Assembly (NCBI RefSeq): GCF_025463795.1
Contig: NZ_JAODBE010000057.1
Coordinates: forward strand, 6,460 to 70,459
Length of the DNA: 64,000 nt
Direction of reading: 5' to 3'
From: Amnibacterium sp.
GTDB lineage: Bacteria; Actinomycetota; Actinomycetes; Actinomycetales; Microbacteriaceae
Shown piece by piece: positions 47,101-55,869 of the stretch (the stretch's first letter is position 1; each line of letters starts with the position of its first letter). The translations under genes were made by a program, and so were the position numbers. The notes under the pieces were generated by a model, which saw nothing but the letters and a program-made list of their open reading frames with translations, searched no databases and was not told the DNA's origin.

Positions 47101-47282
47101 GTGCCGTTCGCTCCGATCGGCGCCCGACTCACTCCGGCGCGCAGGACGGCGTCCTGTGCCGACTCCGCATAGGAGGGCGCCGCTGCCGCGGCGGCCGTCG
47201 TGCAGGCCGCGACCACGAGCAGCATCAGGGAGGTCGCCCGCCGCCACCAGAGCCCCTCCAGTGCGAGGCTCAGCAACCGCAC
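44163..47282 (-). CDS. Large FtsX-like ABC transporter permease (about 1039 aa)
   Basis: The start is set at GTG 47282 (VRLLSLALEGLWWRRATSLMLLVVAA, a typical permease N-terminus). It has long extracytoplasmic segments between hydrophobic clusters. The stop overlaps the next gene start. Confidence 0.85.
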   Translation of the reverse strand: MRLLSLALEGLWWRRATSLMLLVVAACTTAAAAAAPSYAESAQDAVLRAGVSRAPIGANGTGIEVATLQTGRPSTSALRSAVDDAFTGPSRGSYPTAVMQLSVVQRPAVGRTGGVQRIALDSRDGLCGALRLLAGSCLSETDRTGVVVENVVARALHLHVGQRVAVAPLSKGRSLTLHVRGIAVRRQPAATYWFGGVPDISQYTLAAWVPAAYFSALTAEPVDGVTASADLALDRSTVHVRSAEPVLRSLASAVRRLQDSGTSTRPDVTSRMPQVVLAGVDGGARLMLPIVVVIAELLALGWYLLHALVSGSVEGRGAEVALSKVRGMSAGGTLVLVLLEPAILLGAAVPLGVLIAAATERWLVPAVLGAAVDIRVGWLSWAAALVAAAGGLIAASAASARVLRRPVLEQWRRTSRAGSGRGVVAEVVVVVLAVAGIAQLLLSGSLAVGTGSGIAILAPMLLIVAGALVASRAVVLLARLGFGPTRGTGAVSVFVGLRQLARRPAGRRTFGVLVVAVAMALYGVSSAAVLAQNRDERALTDVGAPTVLHIAPDPRTDERIHAVDPRGRALTPVAEASIGLGTDYSGFDSTPTASGSPSVLVVDPRTFGAVAYWRSDFGSAPLAALLRPLSAPAPAVPVITGTRIALSISTTKVPASLGLAADLTDDRGSALTARLGVLAPGTRTYTADVKACAGGCRLRRIYLTRPIDQLDALVVGFTIHSIRVTGGAGPLVQPTLAGVEWSPLNPNPTGNITAAEKAAVGPEGVRVTISVVGQPSEDAPGFGIIAGADITPPALVATHLTGTSSDVRVQTPDGDAFSVSRRGAVAVVPRLGDAGVVLAHDWVEAASPSGYSHLLENQIWVGRDAPHDIVDRLRSAGVRVLSVESAAGRASALASTGPGFATPFTVAGGVTAVLLATAAVVLGIALLARRRVFELSAMRALGIRTRSLRGSVLVEQGLLVVAATICGLVLALASVQLALPALPAYVDDPAYPAFLVHQPLGTLALVGAGIVALLLAAVAVTAVVLDRRTSVSALREAEQ

Positions 47283-47590
47283 GGCGTCCCACCCTCGGTC
47301 GGCGATCGGCGCCTGGACGATCGGGCGGAAAGCGCGGGTCCACCGCAGCGCACTGCGATTCCAGGACGGGGTCCTGGGGTGCCGCGCGGTTCTCCGATGG
47401 AGCACTCCTACGTCAGAAAGCCTGTACCGACCCCGTCGGCGAGGAGGGGCCCTCACAGCATGCCGCACCGACCTGCGGTGCACCGGCGCACCCTCGCCCT
47501 TCACTCGGACTCGTCGACGAGGATGTGAAGCCGATCGCCGACACTTCCGATCACCGGATACGCCGTCGCCGACCAGAAGGGCAGCCTCCC

Positions 47591-47965
47591 ATGACCACGT
47601 GGACCGAGAACGAGCTCACCCGCATCGGCGCCGTCGGCGAGCTGCGCATCGCAGGCACCCGCGCCGACGGCACGCCGCGGAACCCGGTGATCATCTGGGG
47701 CGTCCGCGTCGGGGACGAGTTCTTCGTGCGTAGCGTTCGCGGCGTCACCGGCGGATGGTTCCGCGGCACCCGCGCGACCCGAGAAGGGTGGATCTCCTCC
47801 GGCGGCGTCCAGAAGGACGTCGCCTTCGAGGACGTCGACCCGACCGACCCGATCAACGAGGCCATCGACACCGCCTACCGAGCCAAGTATGGCGCCGGAC
47901 GCAGCGTCGAGAGCATCGTCAGTGCCACCGCCCGTCAGGCGACGCTCCGCGTGCTGCCCCGCTGA
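47591..47965 (+). CDS. DUF2255 family protein
   Basis: MTTWTENELTRIGAVGELRIAGTRADGTPRNPVIIWGVRVGDEFFVRSVRGVTGGWFRG...AYRAKYG. Confidence 0.85.
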   Translation: MTTWTENELTRIGAVGELRIAGTRADGTPRNPVIIWGVRVGDEFFVRSVRGVTGGWFRGTRATREGWISSGGVQKDVAFEDVDPTDPINEAIDTAYRAKYGAGRSVESIVSATARQATLRVLPR

Positions 47966-47983
47966 CCAGGATTGCCGGACTCA

Positions 47984-48005
47984 TGAGGAGCCGGGCCGCT
48001 CCTCA
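47984..48005. terminator. 8-bp stem hairpin between convergent genes
   Basis: TGAGGAGC-cgggcc-GCTCCTCA. Confidence 0.3.
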
Positions 48006-48060
48006 GGCGCGATGACCGGCCGCCCCGGCGTCGGGGACCTTCGGAGCCGGCCTGCCCGAA

Positions 48061-48783
48061 CTAGGAGCCTGACCTCGCCGGCTCGGCCGCGGTGCTTCGG
48101 CCGGTGCCGCCTGTCGCCAGGCTCATGAGGTCGCTGTCGAAGTCGACGTCGGAGAAGCCGTCGGTCGTCGCGGCGCTGCCGAACGTGTGCTGGTACTGCT
48201 TCCAGGACGTGTCGCGCATCGAATCGCGGACCCCGGCTTCGATCAGCACCACGAGCTCGTTGGCCGCTCGGTCGATCCGCTCGGTGAGGGACTTGGAGCC
48301 CCAGTCGTCACTGGCCGCGAACACGCTCGTCGGTGTGGCGAGGGCACGGAGGTAGGCGAAGAGCGATCGGAGCTGCTCGTCGGCGACGAGGGCGTGCCGG
48401 GCCGTGCCGGCCGTCGCGGCGAGGAGCGTCGGGGTGGCGATGAGCAGGTCGGTGTCGAGCATGTCGACGAACGACTTCACGAGGCCGCTGACGCCCGCCT
48501 TGTAGACCGGCGTGGCGATGACGAGGGCGTCGGCGACGGCCAGGCGGTCGATGGCCGCCTGCAGCGCCGGCGTCGCGAACCCGGTGACCTGAGCCGAGGC
48601 GAGGTCCGCCGCGAGGGGCCGGAGCTCGAGCACGGTCGTCTGCAGCTCGACGCCGGCTCGGGCGGCGCGGCTGGTCGTGCTCTGCAGGATCCGGTCGGCG
48701 AGCATGCGGGTGGACGAGGGTTCGCTCGTCCCGCCGCTGACGACGACGAGCCGGTGGGGTCGGGAGGGCAGTTGTGCGCTCAT
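48061..48783 (-). CDS. NAD(P)H-dependent FMN reductase (LLM-partnered; CE1759-like from memory)
   Basis: LVVVSGGTSEPSSTR...ATPVYKAGVSGLVKSFVD. The ATG overlaps the marR-like stop (ATGA). Confidence 0.9.
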   Translation of the reverse strand: MSAQLPSRPHRLVVVSGGTSEPSSTRMLADRILQSTTSRAARAGVELQTTVLELRPLAADLASAQVTGFATPALQAAIDRLAVADALVIATPVYKAGVSGLVKSFVDMLDTDLLIATPTLLAATAGTARHALVADEQLRSLFAYLRALATPTSVFAASDDWGSKSLTERIDRAANELVVLIEAGVRDSMRDTSWKQYQHTFGSAATTDGFSDVDFDSDLMSLATGGTGRSTAAEPARSGS

Positions 48784-49286
48784 GGCGCGATCTCCTGGTC
48801 TGCGGCGGTGCCGCTGGGGATGGGAACCGCGGTGTCACGGTGGGGTCGTAGCTCGCTCTGGGCCGCGTTCAGCCGTTCACAGAGCTGTTGGAGGGTGCGC
48901 ATCTCCGCACTGGAGAGAGCGGTGGACATGCGCAGCTCGACGCTGCGCGCGTGGCGGGCGCCGATGCGATGCTGCACGGCGACGCCGTCCGGCGTGAGGG
49001 AGACGAGCGCCCCCCTCCGATCCTTCGGGTCGGTGGCACGCTGCACGAGTCCGCGCGATTCCAGGCGGTCCACCAGTCGGGACAGCGCCGGCTGGCTGAG
49101 CAGGACCGCCTCGTTGAGCTCGGACATGCGCAGCGCGCAGCCGGCCTTCTTCAAGGTGTAGAGCACGTCGTACTCCTTCAGGGACACCTCGTCCCACATG
49201 CGCTCGGCGGTGAACCCGCGCATGAGCGAGGCCTGAGCCTTCAGGAGCGCTTCCCAGGACTCGTTGGCGAGCCGGAGGTCGGGCAT
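48780..49286 (-). CDS. MarR-family transcriptional regulator
   Basis: LSQPALSRLVDRLESRGLVQRATDPKDRRGALVSLTPDG. This is the tail of the artefactual 427-aa ORF. Confidence 0.9.
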   Translation of the reverse strand: MPDLRLANESWEALLKAQASLMRGFTAERMWDEVSLKEYDVLYTLKKAGCALRMSELNEAVLLSQPALSRLVDRLESRGLVQRATDPKDRRGALVSLTPDGVAVQHRIGARHARSVELRMSTALSSAEMRTLQQLCERLNAAQSELRPHRDTAVPIPSGTAADQEIAP

Positions 49287-49300
49287 GAGTCGTCGCCTCC

Positions 49301-50491
49301 TCAGCCGACGAGCGGGAACCGGGCCTGGAAGGCCGGGTCGCTGTCCTGGTAGGGGGAGGCGCCGGTCACGTTGTCGCCGCGGTTCGCGTGCGGTCGCGGC
49401 TGGCGGGGCTCGGCGTCGCCGTACTTCGCCTTGACCAGCCCCGCGTGGGTCGGCGCGTCCGGCACCGTCTCGGGGCGTCCAGCGGCCATCTCGCGGCGCA
49501 GCACCGGCACCACCTCGCTTCCGAGGAGCTCGAGCTGGTCGAGCACGGTCCCGAGCGGCAGGCCGGCGTGATCGATGAGGAACAGCTGTCGCTGGTAGTC
49601 GCCGAACGCGTTCCGGAAGGTGAGCGTCTTGTCGATGACCTCCTGGGGGCTGCCGACGGTGAGCGGGGTCGCGTCCGTGAAGTCCTCGAGGGTCGGGCCG
49701 TTGCCGTAGACCGGCGCCTCGTTGAAGTACGGACGGAACTGCCGGACCGCGTCCTGGGAACGCTTCGCGATGAACGCCTGGCCGCCGAGGCCCACGATGG
49801 CCTGCTCGGCGGTGCCGTGACCGTAGTGCGCGTATCGCTGCCGGTAGAAGTCGATCAGGCGCTTCGAGTGACGGGTCGGGGCGAAGATGTGGTTGGCGAA
49901 GAAGCCGTCGCCGTAGTAGGCCGCCTGCTCGGCGATCTCGGGGGTGCGGATCGAGCCGTGCCACACGAACGGCGGCACGTCGTCCAGCGGGCGCGGCGTG
50001 GAGGTGAAGCCCTGCAGGGGCGTGCGGAAGCGGCCCTCCCAGTCGACGACGTCCTCCCGCCACAGTCGGTGCAGCAGGTTGTAGTTCTCGAGGGCCAGCG
50101 GAAGGCCCTCCCGGATGTCCTTACCGAACCACGGGTAGACCGGCGCGGTGTTGCCCCGGCCGAACATGAGGTCCATCCGGCCGCCGGAGACGTGCTGCAG
50201 CATCGCGTACTCCTCGGCGATGCGCACGGGATCGTTGGTGGTGATGAGCGTCGTCGCGGTCGAGAGCACGAGCCGCTTCGTCTGCACGGCGATCGCCGCG
50301 AGCACGGTCGTGGGGGAGGAGGAGAAGAACGGCGGGTTGTGGTGCTCGCCGATCGCGAAGACGTCGAGGCCGACCTCCTCGGTCTTCTTCCCGATCGCGA
50401 TCGCGGCCTGGATCCGCTCCGCCTCGCTCGGCGTGGTTCCCGCCACGGGGTCCCGGGTGATGTCGCTGACTGAGAACACGCCGAACTGCAT
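49301..50491 (-). CDS. LLM-class flavin-dependent oxidoreductase (CE1758-like from memory)
   Basis: MQFGVFSVSDITRDPVAGTTPSEAERI...FAIGEHHNPPFFSSSP... Uses the internal ATG 50491. Confidence 0.92.
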   Translation of the reverse strand: MQFGVFSVSDITRDPVAGTTPSEAERIQAAIAIGKKTEEVGLDVFAIGEHHNPPFFSSSPTTVLAAIAVQTKRLVLSTATTLITTNDPVRIAEEYAMLQHVSGGRMDLMFGRGNTAPVYPWFGKDIREGLPLALENYNLLHRLWREDVVDWEGRFRTPLQGFTSTPRPLDDVPPFVWHGSIRTPEIAEQAAYYGDGFFANHIFAPTRHSKRLIDFYRQRYAHYGHGTAEQAIVGLGGQAFIAKRSQDAVRQFRPYFNEAPVYGNGPTLEDFTDATPLTVGSPQEVIDKTLTFRNAFGDYQRQLFLIDHAGLPLGTVLDQLELLGSEVVPVLRREMAAGRPETVPDAPTHAGLVKAKYGDAEPRQPRPHANRGDNVTGASPYQDSDPAFQARFPLVG

Positions 50492-50543
50492 GTGATCCAA
50501 CTTCTTCCGTTGCCGTCGAGCCGGTACGCCCCGCTCGTCCAAG

Positions 50544-50561
50544 TATATGCACATGCATATA
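50544..50561. promoter_or_regulatory. AT-rich palindrome upstream of the LLM-MarR-FMN reductase operon. Candidate MarR operator and/or -10 region.
   Basis: TATATGCA-ca-TGCATATA, located 53 nt upstream of ATG 50491. Confidence 0.4.
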
Positions 50562-51280
50562 ACTCGTGCACCGACACGGTATTCCCACGCCGGAGTGGCC
50601 TTCGGCGACGGGCACCGGCCCCGCCTCCGCCTCGCGATCGGTGGCGGCCGATGGCTCGGACCGTCGGTCCACGAAATGCGCGGGTGGGCGGCGAGCCCGT
50701 CAGTGCGGGGTGCCGCTCACTTCCGGGATGGGACGGGGCACCGCTGGACGACAGCGGCGGCCTGTCGGACGGCGCGGCTTGTCACCGACGCACGGGCGCT
50801 GTCCGCGGCCGTCCCCGGCGATGCCGTCAGCGGGGACAGGCCATGCTCGCGCTCCTTGAGGGCGCGAGCCGACGCTTCTTGCGAGGCGTGGTCGTTCTCT
50901 CGCCGCCGCTGCTCGGCCGGCGGCAGCCTGGTCCCTACGTGGTGGTACCCAGAATTGGGGGCACCGAACAGGCGAGATGCACGGTCCCCTTCTTGGCGCG
51001 TCCCTACGCGCTGACCTTCCCCAACATCGACACTTCAGGCGACAGAGGGGTGATAGCCGTGCAATTCGAGGTGCCCGCGGGCAATGCGCTGATCTTCAGT
51101 CGTCCGGATGGCTCTCTGCTGGCCGTGCCGGAGGCGAGGCCGATGACGCGTCCGATCGCAGTCGTCTGAGGTAGGTACGACACGGGAGCCTCGGTCTGGA
51201 GGCGATGCCGGTGGCCGCTGGAAGGTCGCCAGTGTTGTGATCGCCCGGTCGGTACGTCGCGCCGGTGAGCGAACGCGCGT

Positions 51281-52777
51281 TCAGGCGACGTCGGCGTCGG
51301 TGAGGGGAACCTCGGCCGCGGCAGGCAGCTCCTCTTGTCGGCGGATCGAGCGACGGCCACCTATGAGCATCCCGACGTATCCGACCGCGAGCGCGACGAA
51401 GACTCCGAGGTTGGCGTACGCCCAAGCGCCCTGCGTGCCGCCGAGCCCGAACGGGCCGAGCAGGTAACCCTGCCAGGCGAGCCAGGGCGCCGCGGTGTTC
51501 GTGACCAGTCCCCAGCCGAGCAGGGTGCCGATGAGGATGAGCAGAATCGGGAACCAGCGGACGTCTCCGTATCGGCCGTATCGCGATAGGAGCTCGGCCT
51601 CGGCGTAGTCGCGCCGGCGGAGGGTGATGTCGGCGAGGAAGATGCCGGCCCATGCCGCGATCGGCACGCCGAGGGTGATGAGCACGCCCTCGAACGGGCC
51701 GATGAAGTTCGCGGCGAAGAACACGACGTAGATGACGCCGATCGTCATGATGACGCTGTCGATCCCCACGGCGACCACCCGGGGAACGCGCAGTCCCGCG
51801 TTGAGCAGGGAGAGGCCCGAGGAGTAGATGTCCATGACCGCGCCGCCGATGAGTCCGAGCACCGCGGTGACGGCGAAGGGGATGAGCAACCAGGTCGGCA
51901 ACACCTCGGTGAGGGCGCCGATGGGGTCGGCGCCGATGGCCGAGCTGAGTCCCTTCGACGAGCCGGCCAGGGCGAGACCGAAGACCAGCAGGACGACTGG
52001 TGGGAGTGAGGCTCCGAGGGTCGACCAGGCGACGACGCCCCGGCTGGAGACCGACCGGGGCAGGTAGCGTGAGTAGTCCGCCGCGGCGTTGACCCAGCCG
52101 AGCCCGAACCCCGTCATGGTGAAGAGGAGCGCACCGATCACGGCCTGAGCGTTCCCGGCAGGCAGGGCGGCGATGCTCGACGGGGCGATGTGCGGGGCGG
52201 CGAAGACGATGTAGACCACGGTCAGGACGCCGACGATCACCGTGATCCAGACCTGCATGCGCATGATCACGGTGAAGCCGAGCGTTCCGCCGAGTGCGAT
52301 GAGGCCGATCACGATGATGAGGGCGATGACCTTCGTGACGGGACCTCCGCCGAATCCGAGCCGCGTGAAGACCGTTCCGATCGCCAGCACGGCCAGGGCG
52401 GCAAGTGCGGTCTCCCACCCTGCGGTGAGCAGCCAGGAGATCGCGGCGGGAACCCGGTTGCCTCGCACTCCGAAGATGCTCCGACTGAGGGTCATGGTCG
52501 GGGCGGAACCGCGCTTTCCGGCCAAGGAGATGACGCCCACGAGCAGGTTCGAGAGAACGATTCCGAGGATCGCGACGAGGACCGCCTGCGCGAAGGAGAT
52601 GCCGAACCCGAGCACGAACGAGCCGTAGCTGACGGCGAGGACGGAGATGTTGCCGGCGAACCACGGCCAGAACAGGTCTCGCGGGCGACCGCGTCGCTCC
52701 GCCTCGGCGATGACGTTCACGCCGTTGCGTTCGACGGTGACCCCGGAACCCGGGGCCTGGGTTGATGTGGACGTCAT
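51281..52777 (-). CDS. NCS1-family purine/cytosine-type permease
   Basis: GAGGAG precedes ATG 52777. Contains ERNGVNVIAEAERRGRPRDLFWPWFAGNISV and 12 hydrophobic spans. Confidence 0.92.
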   Translation of the reverse strand: MTSTSTQAPGSGVTVERNGVNVIAEAERRGRPRDLFWPWFAGNISVLAVSYGSFVLGFGISFAQAVLVAILGIVLSNLLVGVISLAGKRGSAPTMTLSRSIFGVRGNRVPAAISWLLTAGWETALAALAVLAIGTVFTRLGFGGGPVTKVIALIIVIGLIALGGTLGFTVIMRMQVWITVIVGVLTVVYIVFAAPHIAPSSIAALPAGNAQAVIGALLFTMTGFGLGWVNAAADYSRYLPRSVSSRGVVAWSTLGASLPPVVLLVFGLALAGSSKGLSSAIGADPIGALTEVLPTWLLIPFAVTAVLGLIGGAVMDIYSSGLSLLNAGLRVPRVVAVGIDSVIMTIGVIYVVFFAANFIGPFEGVLITLGVPIAAWAGIFLADITLRRRDYAEAELLSRYGRYGDVRWFPILLILIGTLLGWGLVTNTAAPWLAWQGYLLGPFGLGGTQGAWAYANLGVFVALAVGYVGMLIGGRRSIRRQEELPAAAEVPLTDADVA

Positions 52778-53328
52778 GAGGGCTCCTCGGATGGTGACGA
52801 CGACGGGGACTGGACCTCCGGGCGGACGCCCAACAGGCCACGGAATTCGGACGAGTGGAAGACCAGCGGCTCGGTCTCCGCGTCTGCGCCGAGCGCATGC
52901 ACCTCGAGGAGGGCGACGGTGTGGTCGCCGGCGGGCACCTCGTTCCAGAGGGAGCACTCGAACCAGGCGACCGCGCCGGCGATGAACCGGGCGGAGGAGC
53001 CCGTGCTGCGAATCGGAACGCCGTGGAAACGGTTCTGCCGTTCGGGAGACGAGAGCTGCCGGACGAGGGACTCCTGATTCGCGGCGAAGACCGAGATGCC
53101 GAGGCTCCGCGCCGTTCTCAGCAGTGGCCAGGTCTGGGAGGTGCGCTGCACGGCGAGGGAGACGAGCGGCGGAACGCCGGATACCCCCACTGTGAAGGTG
53201 GAGGCGACGAGCGCGTGCAGGACTCCGTCCGCTTCGGCCAGTACGGCGACGACGCTGCTCGGGATGGAGGCGAAGGTGCGGCGCAGGTGGCGCAGGTCCG
53301 CCTCGTACGGCGGCAGGAGCGAGGTCAC
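52774..53328 (-). CDS. Flavin reductase family protein (FMN-binding split barrel)
   Basis: FASIPSSVVAVLAEADGVLHALVASTFTVGVSGVPPLVSLAV... The gene has ATGA overlaps at both ends. Confidence 0.9.
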   Translation of the reverse strand: MTSLLPPYEADLRHLRRTFASIPSSVVAVLAEADGVLHALVASTFTVGVSGVPPLVSLAVQRTSQTWPLLRTARSLGISVFAANQESLVRQLSSPERQNRFHGVPIRSTGSSARFIAGAVAWFECSLWNEVPAGDHTVALLEVHALGADAETEPLVFHSSEFRGLLGVRPEVQSPSSSPSEEPS

Positions 53329-54692
53329 CCGTCGACCTCGCTCATCGCGGCCGGGCGGAACCTCGAGCCCGGATGCTCAGACGGCAGGTGGGCCATGCCG
53401 TCGCCGAAGAGGCGCTCGCGGAACGTGTCGGGCTTCCGCTCGGTGCGCATGAGGCCGGCCCGCTGCAGCTCCGGTACGACGAGATCGACCAGGTCCGTGT
53501 AGGAGCCCGGGGACACGAACGGGGTGTAGTTGAAGCCGTCGAGGTCGGTTTCCTCGACGATCCCGCCGATCTGGTCGGCGACCTCCAGGGGGGTGCCGAC
53601 CAGGATGAGTTCCCGCATGCCGCGTCGGATGAAGTCGGCGGCGGCGTCCCGAACGGTGGTGTCCTTGTACCGGTCGACCTGGGTGCGTCCGCCCTCGGTG
53701 GTGACGGTGGAGAAGGAGGCGTCGGGGTCCAGCGCGGCCAGGTCCACGCCGGTCATCATGGCGTAATAGGCCCGGGCAGCGTCGGCGTCCACCCAGGAGA
53801 GGTATTCCTCGAGCCGGTCCTCCGCTTGGGCACGGGAGCTTCCGGTGACGACGGAGAGGCCGGAGATCGCCTTGATCGCTTCCCGTCCTCGACCGGCCGA
53901 GGATGCGGCCTCCCGCAGGTCGTCGACCTGCCGAGCCAGCATCGCGCTGTCCTTCCCCTGGAGGAACACCATCTCGGCGTTGGCGGCGGCGAACGCACGC
54001 CCGGTCGAGGATGCGCCGGCCTGAAGGATCAGGGGCGTGCGCTGGGGGGAGGGCTCGCTGTCGAAGTAGCCGTGGGAGGTGAAGTAGGGACCGTCGTGAG
54101 TGATCGGATGGACCATCCCCGGGTCGGCGTACCGACGAGCGGCCTTGTCGACGAGGACGGAGCCGTCCTCCCACGAACCCTCGAAGAGCTTGTAGCTGAG
54201 GTCGAGGAAGTCCTGTGCCCGGAGGTAGCGCTCGTCGTGGGGGAGTGGGCCACGGCCGAAGAGCTCGGCGACGACCGCGCTGCTCGTCGTGACGACGTTC
54301 CAGCCGATCCTGCCCTCGGTGAGATGGTCGAGGGTCGCGAACCGACGTGCGTTCGAGTAGGGCTCCTCGAAGGTGGTGGACGCGGTGACTGCGAAATGCA
54401 GGTCGCTCGTCACCGCGGCCAGCGCCGGGATGAGCAGCATGGGGTCGTTGTTCGGAATCTCGACAGCCTGCTCGAACGTGACCGCAGGCGTCTCCCCGCG
54501 CAGCACGGGGTAGCCGTAGGAGTCGGCCAGGAAGAGGAAGTCGAAGAACCCGCGCTCCAGAAGCCGGGCGAGATCCATCCAGTAGTCGAGCTGCTTGTAG
54601 CGGAAGGTGTTCTGATCCGGGTGCGCCCAGAGGCCCTGGCTCGTCAGGTTCACCTGGTTGATCTCGAACGCTCCCAACAGGATCTGCTTCAT
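53325..54692 (-). CDS. LLM-class FMN-dependent monooxygenase, NtaA/SnaA/DszA family
   Basis: GGAAGGAAG precedes ATG 54692. Sequence MKQILLGAFEINQVNLTSQGLWAHPD...FLFLADSYGYP...IGWNVVTT. Confidence 0.93.
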   Translation of the reverse strand: MKQILLGAFEINQVNLTSQGLWAHPDQNTFRYKQLDYWMDLARLLERGFFDFLFLADSYGYPVLRGETPAVTFEQAVEIPNNDPMLLIPALAAVTSDLHFAVTASTTFEEPYSNARRFATLDHLTEGRIGWNVVTTSSAVVAELFGRGPLPHDERYLRAQDFLDLSYKLFEGSWEDGSVLVDKAARRYADPGMVHPITHDGPYFTSHGYFDSEPSPQRTPLILQAGASSTGRAFAAANAEMVFLQGKDSAMLARQVDDLREAASSAGRGREAIKAISGLSVVTGSSRAQAEDRLEEYLSWVDADAARAYYAMMTGVDLAALDPDASFSTVTTEGGRTQVDRYKDTTVRDAAADFIRRGMRELILVGTPLEVADQIGGIVEETDLDGFNYTPFVSPGSYTDLVDLVVPELQRAGLMRTERKPDTFRERLFGDGMAHLPSEHPGSRFRPAAMSEVDG

Positions 54693-55714
54693 CGTCCGCT
54701 TCCTTCCGCCAGCCACGCTGCAACACCGGTCTCAAGTCGCCGTCGGGTCGTGTCGCTCATGCCCGTCGCCAGTGTGCCCGCGCGAGCGAACGCGGCGAGG
54801 TCCTCGTCGTCCAGCTGCCACACGCTTCGGGCGATCTCGTACTGATCCGTCACGCTCCGCGAGAACCACAGGGAGTCATCGGCGTTGAGCGTGACTGGCA
54901 CGCCGGCCGCCCGGAGTCGCGGCGCCGGATGCTCGGCCAGGCTTTTCACGACGCCGAGCGCCACGTTCGAGACGGGACAGACATCGCAGACGATGTGGTC
55001 TCGCGCCAACCGGTCGAGCAGCTGCGCGCTCTCGACAGCTCGGAAGCCGTGCGAGATGCGGGTGGCGCCGAGCTCATCGAGTGCCTCCTCGATGCTGTCC
55101 GGGCCGCCCGTCTGGCCGGCGTGGCTGACCACCGGCAAGCCGGCGGCGCGACCTATTCGTGCGGCCTCGCGATAGCGGCGTAGGTGGCCTGGCTCGACGA
55201 ACCCGGCTGTGCCGAGCGCGGTCACTCCCGCGCCGGCGTGTGCTGCCGCGATGCGCGCGAGGTCGGCGGAGATGGCGAGGTCCTCGTCGGTGTTGATCGT
55301 CAGGTTCGCCCCGACCTCCACGCCGCTGTCGTCGGACGCTTCGCGGAACGCCGACAGCATGGTCCGGGTCACTTGCTCGAGCGACCCGAGCCGCGGCGCG
55401 TAGAGCTGCGGCTCGATCGCGGGTTCCAGGTACAGCACACCCTCCGCGGCCTCGGCATGCACCAGCGCCCGACACAGTTCAGCGAGGTCCTCGTTCGACT
55501 GGACCAGAGCCGGAACGGTGCCGTAGTGGTCGAAGAACTGCCACACGTCCACGAAAGCGGACGGCACCTCGAAGCGGGCTCCGCGCCGTGCTGCCAGCGC
55601 TTGGACCGCTGGCAGCGGGTAGGAGCCGTCGAGGTGGGCGTGGAGGTGTGCCTTCGGAAGCGCGCGGAGCGACTGCCTGGCCTCCGGCGAGGTTGTCGCC
55701 GCCTCTTCAGTCAT
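54689..55714 (-). CDS. Adenosine/adenine deaminase-family metal-dependent amidohydrolase
   Basis: LPKAHLHAHLDGS (HxH motif), VVSHAGQTGGP and VTLNADD. Confidence 0.9.
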   Translation of the reverse strand: MTEEAATTSPEARQSLRALPKAHLHAHLDGSYPLPAVQALAARRGARFEVPSAFVDVWQFFDHYGTVPALVQSNEDLAELCRALVHAEAAEGVLYLEPAIEPQLYAPRLGSLEQVTRTMLSAFREASDDSGVEVGANLTINTDEDLAISADLARIAAAHAGAGVTALGTAGFVEPGHLRRYREAARIGRAAGLPVVSHAGQTGGPDSIEEALDELGATRISHGFRAVESAQLLDRLARDHIVCDVCPVSNVALGVVKSLAEHPAPRLRAAGVPVTLNADDSLWFSRSVTDQYEIARSVWQLDDEDLAAFARAGTLATGMSDTTRRRLETGVAAWLAEGSGR

Positions 55715-55869
55715 CAGTGGCCGCCCGGTGCATCCGCGTGTCGCCGCGGAACCATGCCCGCTCGAACGACTCGACTGTAGAGACCGCAGCGAATCGGCGT
55801 CGAAGACCAGATCTCGATCCAGCGATAGTTTGAACCTCTGGCTGCAGGTGGTGCGGGACGAGGGACGAA

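Noticed and set aside
50492-51169. 225-aa plus-strand ORF in the spacer upstream of the LLM operon
   Set aside because: The first two thirds are Arg/Pro/Gly-rich noise with no ribosome-binding site and no family resemblance. Only the last ~55 codons look coding-like, and these are reported as a possible remnant instead.
55811-55826. LysR T-N11-A box in the LysR/operon intergenic region
   Set aside because: The best candidate is ATC-N10-GAT, which has the wrong spacing and weak dyad symmetry. It is not good enough to call.
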